Source of the DNA: the human T2T-CHM13v2.0 reference genome, Homo sapiens
DNA length: 64,000 nt
Reading direction: 5' to 3' (one strand)
NCBI RefSeq assembly: GCF_009914755.1
Contig: NC_060925.1
Below are positions 55,251 to 64,000 of this stretch, piece after piece. Under the pieces are notes generated by a model. That model did no database searches and was not told where the DNA came from. It saw only the letters and a list, made by a program, of their open reading frames with translations. The translations under genes and the position numbers were made by a program. The number at the start of each line of letters is the position of its first letter. The first letter of the stretch is position 1.

Positions 55251-55778
55251 AATTTCATTTTTAGAGTCTCTCACTCCTTGTGAGATGTTTTCTTTTAGAG
55301 TGTGCAGCCATGGACCATAAAACCTTGACTTTCAACTTTCAGGTCTAGGACACGTGTCGGCTCTCATGCCACGTGCTCTTCCTTTGTATGTGCACACACC
55401 CACCATCATCTGCCATGAACATACAAAGACATGCAGGTCTCAGGCCCTCAGGTTTGGCTCAGGGCTCTTAATCTTTCTACGTTTAATGCTTATTTGGGTC
55501 AAGAGGTCACTCACAGGTGGTTTACTATGTCAACGAGTTCATGGTTTCTGAATGTTTCCTAAGGCTGAAGAGTTCATTCAGGGTTTCAATAGGACAGTGG
55601 CGCCTCAGAGCAAAATCCCTACTAATGGGAGATGTGAAGTTTCTATTATAATAATAATAATAGTCATGATAATAACAGCTAATGTTTAATGATCACCTGA
55701 AATATGCTGATCTTTGTTCTAAGTGCTTCACATTAATTACCTGGTTTAATCTCCAACAACCCTATGAGGCTGGTACTA

Positions 55779-56003
55779 CAGGTTGAGTATCCCTTATCCA
55801 AAAGGCTTGGGACCAGAAGTGTTTTGGATTTTGGACTTCTTTAGATTTTGGAATATTCACATTAAACTTATGGTTGAGCATCCCTAATCCCAAATCCAAT
55901 ACTCCACTGAGCATTTTCTTTGTGCATCATGTCAGCAATCAAAAAGTTTCAGATTTTGAAGTGTTTCAGATTTGGAATTTTGGGATTAGGAATACTTAGC
56001 CTG
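55779..56003. mobile_element. Tigger4a/MER46A-like MITE inserted in a MIR (55670-56090)
   Basis: TIRs caggttgagtatccct / aggaatacttagcctg with a TA duplication. The MIR continues on both sides. Confidence 0.88.
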
Positions 56004-56439
56004 TATGATTATTTCCAGTTTTCGGATGGGAAAACTAAGGCACAGAGTGGTTAAGTAGTTTGCCTAAGTGTACAGCAAAGCTGGAAGACATGCATATGTA
56101 GTGTATGTTGCTATGAGAACAGATGTGTACGCAGATGACGGTTGGAATTGCCCATGAGTGAAAGCAGAGACAGGAAATACAAGTGCCAAGAGGAGAGGTA
56201 AGGCAGCTGGTGCAGCCTAGGGGTGGAGCCCAAGTAAGCACACCCATGTCCTGTGACCCCCAGCACTTGGTCCCTTGACTTTCAGTGGGTTCACGATGCA
56301 GGAACACATCTTGCACAGGAATCCGAGATATTGCCAGGGGTCCCAGGACACTGAGCAGGCAGAATTTTGATACCTGCCTCCATCGCAAGTTAAGCACTGG
56401 AATTCCAATGAGGGCCAGGAGCAGATAATAATCACAGTG

Positions 56440-56640
56440 GCAGCAGCTAACTTATATTGAGCAGTAAGTACATGCCAAGCGCTGGACTAAGAACTTTACA
56501 TGTAAAGATCTTGTAACAATCCTATGAGGCTGGTACTGTTATTACAACCATGTTATATATGAGGAAACTGAGTCTTAGAGAGGTTACACATCTCCAACTG
56601 GCAAGCCTGTGCAATTCCAAAGTCTGTATATTATCTTCAC
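56440..56640 (-). mobile_element. MIR
   Basis: aacaatcctatgaggctggtactgttatt...atgaggaaactgag. Confidence 0.75.
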
Positions 56641-57889
56641 TTTGCTCTCTGCCCTCCTGGGTGAGGAATGTTGATATGATGGAGCTCTTCTCTCCCTCCT
56701 GCTCCAGGATACCCTGATGACCAGCCAGGGCTGAGCAGAGGAAGAAGAAATGGGGCTCCAAGGGATGCAGCAGGGGGCCCTGCTATCTTTTTTCTAGAGC
56801 CCTGGGATAGAGAATAAGAGAAAAGAGTGAGGCCCCTGGTCTCACTCTGAGCGCTGTTCCTGAATGCCATTAGTGGGTTTGCTTCCCATTAATGAAAACT
56901 GGTACTTGCTAAGAATTCTTGGAAGAGGGAGAGCAGACAGCTGCCTTTTGTTTATGGGCTTCTGGAAGCAGCATTTCTGAGCCCAAGGCTTGCCGCTCTG
57001 CCCCAAGCAGCAGCACTGACGGGGCATATCTGGAGTGGGAAGCAACTCCCTGTGATGACAGCTCCATCTATGTTCGCTGGGCTCAGGGCTGTGTTTGGTG
57101 TGGGCAGCAAGTCTTACAAAGGCTTTTGCCTTTCCTCACAGAGCTTGGCATTCACACAATTTACCCGTGTCTTTGTGAACAAGGATAGGATCTAACCTTT
57201 ACTTCTGTCTACCTGTGGCCATCTCAAAATAATTGTCTCATTTTATGGGCTTCTGTCTGGGTTTGTAGCTGTTACTTCTCTTGATTGAATAGATAAAAAA
57301 GAGTATGTTTATACTATTCAACTGCATCTCCCATTAGTCACCCGTGCAAACCCTTTGCCCTAGTTAGGCCAGATTCCTCACTGTCCCCACAAACAACAGG
57401 TGTTATCAGCTGCTACCTGGACAAACCCTTCTGGCTGGAAGGCTCAGAGGCATTTCACTCAAGAAGGCTCAGTAATCCCCAGCCCCAGGACCATCCTGAG
57501 TAGGACCTATCTTCACTGTTACCCCAGGTGAGCTCTGGGATCTGCTATGCACCATATGCCTGGTGTGCTGGGGTATGGAGAGACCCCCCATCCTGCCACC
57601 AGCTCTGCTCAGCTCTCTGTCCTTTTACTCGGATCCACTGCTTTGCTCTTTGCTGTTGCCACCGTCCATTAGCCACCCCAGCCACTGCTGCATGAGGCCC
57701 CTGGAACCAAGGTACTGCTTCCTATTTGCTTGAGTTTTACCATGCTCACAGCCCACTGTGGTCTTGCTTATACCCCAGACTGGATTCCCATTGACCTAGA
57801 TGCTGGGTAGACTAGCTGGGGAGGGTCACTTTCCTAGTTCTGGTCCTGGCTTTCTGCCTTTCTCACTAAACCCATCTGGTTGAGGTCTT

Positions 57890-59240
57890 AGCATTCATTC
57901 AGGAGCCACCCGCGAAACAAATGCTACAAAGACAATTCAATCTATTTTCTTCTGTCATGTGAGTTTCACTGTAGTAAGAGAGAAAGTCATGTGAGCAAAT
58001 GGTTGCGCTGCAGTGTTATGAGTGTTAAACAGAGTCATGGTCACGAAATTGGAAACTAAAGAGGACGAACAATTATGTCTCAGGCTGTGTGGTTGTGCGG
58101 TTGCAGGGATATGGGGCGACCTAAAATGAAAGGGGATGCTAGAGCAGGTCTTGAAGAATGAGTAGGAATTTCTTAGGTGGATGTTTCTGATGAGAGTGGT
58201 AGGGACAATTCAAATGGGCCTTCCAGACAGAAGAAATGGGCTGGAAGAGTGAAGCAGCAGTTTGGGGGTGTGGCAGACAAGGTGAGAGAGCTGGTAGATC
58301 ATGAGGCCATGGTAGGTGGGAGCTGAGCAGGAGACAGCATCCAGGCTGAACCTCAGGTTTCTAGCTCTAATAGATGCAAGGTTGTTGGTGTCATTAATTA
58401 AGTTGGAGAATGGTCTTCAGGGATGGGGGAAAGACTACAAATCTGATTTCAGATACGCTGACTTTGAGGAAGAGTGGCAGGAATAAGTGTCCCCGGTCTC
58501 ACTCTGAGCACTGTTCCTGAATGCCATTATCCACTCACCTCCTGAATGGTTGACAGCTCTCACAATCCAATCCCTCGTCCCGCCCTCCATTCTGAAGGTC
58601 AGACCTATATAACCCAGCACCTCACTGGACATCTCCACCCAAATGACCCCATCCTCTCAGGCTCTTCAAACTCAACGTGTTGTTGCTAACAAAATGGATT
58701 ATCCCCCCCAAATGCTTCTCCTGTTGGGTGCCCAAATCACAGTAGACCCGACTGCCTGAGGTGGAAGCTGGGCATCACCTTTGATTTCTCCCAGGTAGCA
58801 CTGGTGGCTGCATCCTTAGTGTTGCGTTGACCCTCTCATGTTCTCGCCTACTCCATTTCTACTGCCATTCTGTTCACTATCGACTCTTCGGTGGCTATTG
58901 TTCCAACTGCCTGAACTCTTCTCCCCTCCATCTAATTATCCTCCGGTCCATCTTTCTACGTCAGCAGCGTGGATCTATAGATCTATATTCATTTATTATC
59001 TGCTTCCCCACAATGTGAGCTCTATGAGAACAGAAACCTCTGTTCACTGTTATTCCCAGTGCCCAGCACACAATAGGAGCTCAATACATATCAATTAACA
59101 AACAAATGAATGAATCTAAAAATGCAAATCTGATCCCATCACTCCCTGCTTGACTCTTCTGTGGCTCCTCATAGCCTTCCAGATAAAGGCCTGTTTCTTC
59201 ATGCAGCATAAAAGGCTTGCTCAGATCTGGGCCCAGTGCG
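57890..59240. mobile_element. L2 fragments in opposite orientations (minus about 57890-58470; plus about 58560-59240)
   Basis: ggtcttgaagaatgagtaggaatt (minus type); ctggacatctccacc and cagtgcccagcacacaataggagctcaata (plus type). Confidence 0.6.
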
Positions 59241-59334
59241 GTTCCTCAGACCTTGCGCTCATTCATGACTTTGTATCTTGGCCTATATTCCAGGTAGGAG
59301 ACCCTCCTTGCAATCCCTGGAGCATATCTTAAGC

Positions 59335-59850
59335 CAGTGGTTTTTCCCGCCTGACCAGGCTAGGACCCAAGTGAGACAAGGCAGGGCCCTTGAGTGCAAA
59401 ATTTAAGGAGGCCCTCACTCTCAGGGACAACCCTACCCTTGCAGGACCTCAAGAGTGGGTGGCTCCTTAGGTTTTCAGCCCTGAGTCTGCGCCCTGCTGT
59501 GTAAGGCTGGTTTTCTTTATATACTACAAACAAAACCACAGATATCAACAGATTGAATGCAGATGCAGATGTGAGAATCCAGCTGTCTTCTAATTCATTA
59601 AAGAGATTTTCAAAAATATAAAACAATGCCACTCTTCCAGGTTTTTTAAATTTTGGAAATATATTTTCCATAAAATGTATTTTAATGTGTAATGGGATAT
59701 GTTATTTTAAAATGAATTAATAAACAAGTATTTAAAAACATTTAAAAATTCACAGTGCTAAATTTCTAACCCTACATATTCCACAGAAATAAAAGGTCAT
59801 TGGGATTCTTGGTAATTTTTCTGAAACCAGAAAGTTGAAGAACTGCTTTG
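59335..59850. mobile_element. hAT-Charlie (Charlie1-like) remnant
   Basis: gcagatgtgagaatccagctgtcttct...taaaacaatgccactctt; cagtggtt terminus. Confidence 0.7.
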
Positions 59851-60139
59851 TTAAACTAGACAATGTGGAAAACATTGCTTATAATAAGCACTGGTTGCAT
59901 GAATTTTGTGACTAAACAGGACTTCAGAGAAGTTAGGGTGGATGCCTCAGGCAGCACCCTCCTGGCCTGGAAGGTTTTCCACACTTGCTTTCCTCTGACA
60001 CCGGCTGTGCTGACTCCCCCTTTCATCTGTAGGGAAAGAGAAAATTGATGAAGGTAAGACTCTTCCTTTCACAGGCTCAAAACTCTTGTCCTGAATGCCT
60101 TTACCTTTTGTCATTTTTGCTCTTCCTGTACTTTTCCTG

Positions 60140-60493
60140 TGATAATGGTTTGGATTTGTGTCTTCACCCAAATCTCATGTTGAATTGTAATCCCCAATGT
60201 CAGAGGAGGGATCTGGTGGGAGGTGATTGGATCCTGGGGGCAGATTTCTCATGATAGTGAGTGAGTTCTCAGGAGATCTGGTTGTTTAAAAGTGTGTAGC
60301 ACCTCCCCCAACCTCTTCCTCCTGCTCCCACCATGTAAGAAGAGCCTGCTTCCCCTGGCTGTACGTTTCCTGAGGCCTCCCCAGCCATGCTCCCTGGACA
60401 GCCTGCAGAACCATGAGCCAATTAAGCCTCTTTTCTTTATAAATTACCCAGTCTCAGGTATTTCTTTATAGCAGAGTGAGAAGGTTCTAATAC
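60140..60493 (+). mobile_element. MaLR LTR (MSTA-like)
   Basis: atggtttggatttgtgtc..cccaaatctcatgttgaattgtaatcccca...ataaattacccagtctcaggtatttctttatagca. Confidence 0.9.
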
Positions 60494-63394
60494 GTCCTAC
60501 CTTCCCATTCTATTTTTCCCTTCAAGGTAACAACTCAGGTCTCACCTACTCCAGGAAGTCTTCACTAACTGCCCAATTTAAATGTTCTCAAATGTGGATC
60601 CACAGATCTATACTGAGCTGGCCCCACGAGAATCACCTGGAGAGTCCATAAAATGCCCAGCCTCTCCAAGTCCAACACATCTTCAGAGATACACTGATTT
60701 ACAGGATTCAGAGATACATATTTTTAAAAACTCTCTAGGAGATCCTTGAGGCCAGGAATGGGAACTGCTGAGTCTGTAAGTTTTCCCTTTGACAGACTAT
60801 AATCTCCCAGAGCACAGGGATTAGAATGCCTCCTTCTTTCATATCTCCAGAACAATGGGCACAGGGCTCCAGGCATGGTTATGGAAGCCCACTGAACTGG
60901 GATCCTCAATGGGGGGAATATACTGCTTTAATCATAACTCTAGCTGGAACAGCCTCTCTACTTGCCTCCCATCCCATTACCCACACCACAGGTCTCCCCT
61001 TACTCAGGAAGTATCTAGGAAATCAAAGGCACAGACTCAGCACACTGTACATTCACCCACATTGGGTCTACACCTTCCCAGGCTAAGGATCAAGAAGCCA
61101 ATGACAAGGCCTCTTTAAAAGGTGGGGTGCATGTGGTCCCAAGCATGTGCATGTAAGAGTGCCTAGACACAATGGTGAAGAACCTATGGTTTGTAACTCC
61201 GAGAGAAGCCTGGGACGTTGGGTGACAATGTGGACCAGATCTGGCAGTTCTTCTTTTGTTCTTTTTCTGGAGACTTTCTAAGTTCCAGAAAGGTTTCCAG
61301 GGAGGGTTTTGTCGACCAAAGCCATCTGTAATAAACATTACTATAATTCTCCAATCATCTATCATTTTTACCCATATATTTCCCCATTATCTCACTCCCT
61401 TTCCTTTTTTTCTGAAAACATCTCTCTGATGCCCCTTCCCTAAAGCATGTAGCAGCCAGAACGATTTCCAAGACAGTGCAGGGAAAGCTGAGCCCCTGGT
61501 CCTGCTGGTTACCTAGACTCAGAACTGCTCCATCTGAAAACTCAGTTTCGATTCAGACAGAGTTTCTGTGTGTCCCCGCTCCCCACCCCGCCCAGAATGC
61601 AGTGGCAGAATGATAAATGTGATGCCGAAGATAACGAGGCTGAAGGGAGGTGTAGTTCTAACGGAATAAATACCTCTTTGGTAAATCTTCCCATCAAGAT
61701 GTCTTTATAACTAAAAGCAGCCGCTCTGTTCCCTATGGTTGCTGTGAAGACTGATGGGCTTCTGTATTTCTCCAGGAGCCATCTCTCCTCCCTCCTCCAG
61801 CTCACCACCAGCAAACAGACATCATACTGGGTCCAGGAGGTAATTAAAGTTTCAGGGGCAGGTGGGAAGCAAGAGGGGCGAGAGCCAAGAAAGCAGCAGG
61901 ACCATACACTGGCAGTGTTGCCAAACTGGCCTTGGTCCCTGGTTCCTGGTGACAGCTGAGCATCTGCATTCACTTGTTTTTACGGAGATTGAGAAGAACT
62001 GGAGGCTTTTCTTTTTGCCAGTTTTGACATCTCTGTGCTTTGCACATTAACAGGCTCACCACTTGACACTATGTCTGATCCATCCACTGCTCTGCAGAGG
62101 TGTCAAGCAAACTTGCTAGAGATACTAAGGGCCCAATTATGGTGCCCAGTTTATACTTGGATCTTGACAGATGCTGGAAACCTTTTAGAATCTGGGATGA
62201 TTAGTGCAGACCTTCCCTTGCTTGCAAGCAGCCTGGAACCTTGCACTCGTTTTATCGGTATCCAATATATCCTTATTGAATGGCCTTTCCCAATGAAGCC
62301 CATAGGGGCAGTCAAAGGCTCAATGACAAGGAGCCTGAGGCCCAGAAAGAAAGGTAACTTGCTTGAAATTATACTTCAAGCTGGTAACAAGTCTTCAGTT
62401 TCTTAGGAATCATGCTCAAAATAAGAAATTCAGGCAGGTCAGGGCAAGAGCAGCAAGCCAGCCGGAATTTGTTGGATGAGGAAAAGAGAACAAATTAAAG
62501 AGAACGCTGTCCAAATGTTGGTGGTGCTGATTTCTGGCACAATTACTCTGCCTTCTGCTGCCCATATACGAAGGCCAGAAGTCTAAAACAGACTCTCTCA
62601 ATATCACCTAATTAATCAATTTCTTAATCTCCAGGGGTATCTCCTCACATAGATAGCTGAGAAATAGTGTGTAGATAGATATTCAAGGAAGGTGGTGGTG
62701 GGCAGTGGTGGTTAAAAACCTTTAAAAAGAACAAACTAATCTGATCAAAGAAACTGAAAAAGAAAGAATAAGGGAAACCCAACAAGAAGTGGGCCTGAAG
62801 GGGACTTATTTCAGGAGGGAGAAGGACTGTCCAGGGCCTGGATTCAGGGCCCAGGGCACACAGGCCAGGAGTAGATGGAAGATCAGTTATCCAATCAGGT
62901 ATGAAAATCCTTGATAAGCTGGGAAGTAAAACTCTGAGTCACTTGAGATGGCCACTTGAAGAGGCCTAATGCCATTTATCTACTCTGTCATTTTACAAGG
63001 GATCAGACCAAGGATTTGACCAGTGAAGGGGGTTACAGATCTGCATCTAGCTCTCTCCCTGTTCCAACTCACCTTGGAGTTGGAAAAGAGGGTAAAGTCC
63101 AGGGAATAAAAGTAGCTATAGATGCCCACTAGGATTTGGAGAGAATTTTCTTGTAAGGGGGAGATGTCTTTAAACACCAAAGCAGAAGCCAAATCTGATC
63201 CTGGGACTTAGACTCATATTTACTGCCCTTTCTGCTGAGAAGAGCTTGAAAAACAAAACACAAGAGCTTGAAAAACCAACCCCAAGACTTGCTAAACTTA
63301 AGGATTTTCTCCCCATTCTCCATATTTGTCTCAGTTCCTTCTGGCTAAGCTCCAATCCTTAGTGTCTGCTCTCTGTACTTACTGAGAACACAGA

Positions 63395-63830
63395 AACATA
63401 TATAATCTGAAACTTGGAAAGGAGTTTAGAGATCTTCTAATTCAATCTTTCATTCAAAGTGGAACTCCTCAACACCAGTCTTGACAAGAGGTCACCCAGG
63501 CTTTGAACTTTTGCAATAATGAAGAACTAATTACTTTTCCATGCAATCAGACTATCAGAGACACCAACTGTGAAAAAGTCTGCCTCAGAATTAAGCCCAA
63601 ATCTTTAACTCCCATACCTGGGTCCTCATTTTGCCTTCTGAAGAAACACAGAAATTTATTACATCTTTTTATAAGGGATGATCCTGCAGATAGTTGAAGA
63701 CAACCAGCAAGCCCCTCTTCAACTTTCCCAGTAGGACATGGGCCAGGCCCTCCATCAGCCAGGATGTCCAGCTGTGGACATGCTTCAGTCTGTCAATATC
63801 CTTCTTAAAATGTGGGCCCTGTTATGAGTG
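63395..63830 (-). mobile_element. CR1/L3 3' fragment (probable)
   Basis: ttggaaaggagtttagagatcttcta...tccttcttaaaatgtgggccc resembles antisense L3. Confidence 0.55.
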
Positions 63831-64000
63831 CAGAGAAGCCAACCCATTGCATCCAATGGGTTCAGACCAACTTGGAAGAACAGGAGGCAACCTGGATCCC
63901 TGGGGCTTGGAGGGTACTCAGTGCCTCTAAGAGTTAAGCTGAGAGCTGTTTCTCAGAGAAACGCCAGGCAGATCATCCTCCAAAGCAACCTACAGAGATT

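Overview
Human (primate) genomic DNA containing the 3' part of KCND3 (Kv4.3, the Shal-type A-current/Ito potassium channel) on the minus strand. Six coding exons can be mapped to the base from GT-AG sites and phase continuity: 16005-15843, 9690-9589, 9213-9124, 7391-7335 (the 57-nt cassette exon of Kv4.3L), 6172-5925 and 5177-4976 (stop TAA). The 3' UTR probably runs from 4975 to or past the window start. Positions 16006-64000 are part of one very large intron that splits the GYG selectivity filter; it is filled with Alu, MIR, L1, L2, CR1/L3, LTR and DNA transposon remnants plus a 5'-truncated SVA. Nearly all other ORF-track entries are spurious. The most unusual unexplained structure is a degenerate ~21.3-bp-period array with a retained RCATTCC core (7437-7866) directly upstream of the alternative exon, which is also flanked by RBFOX-type (T)GCATG motifs. 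Other points of interest are a strong RNA G-quadruplex in the 3' UTR, an antisense poly(A) site inside the UTR, a snap-back hairpin at an Alu junction, a twin-primed L1, and an isolated 35-bp duplication. I found no evidence of a new multi-gene system. Repeat subfamily names come from recognising sequence, not from a database search, and the boundaries of old repeats are approximate.
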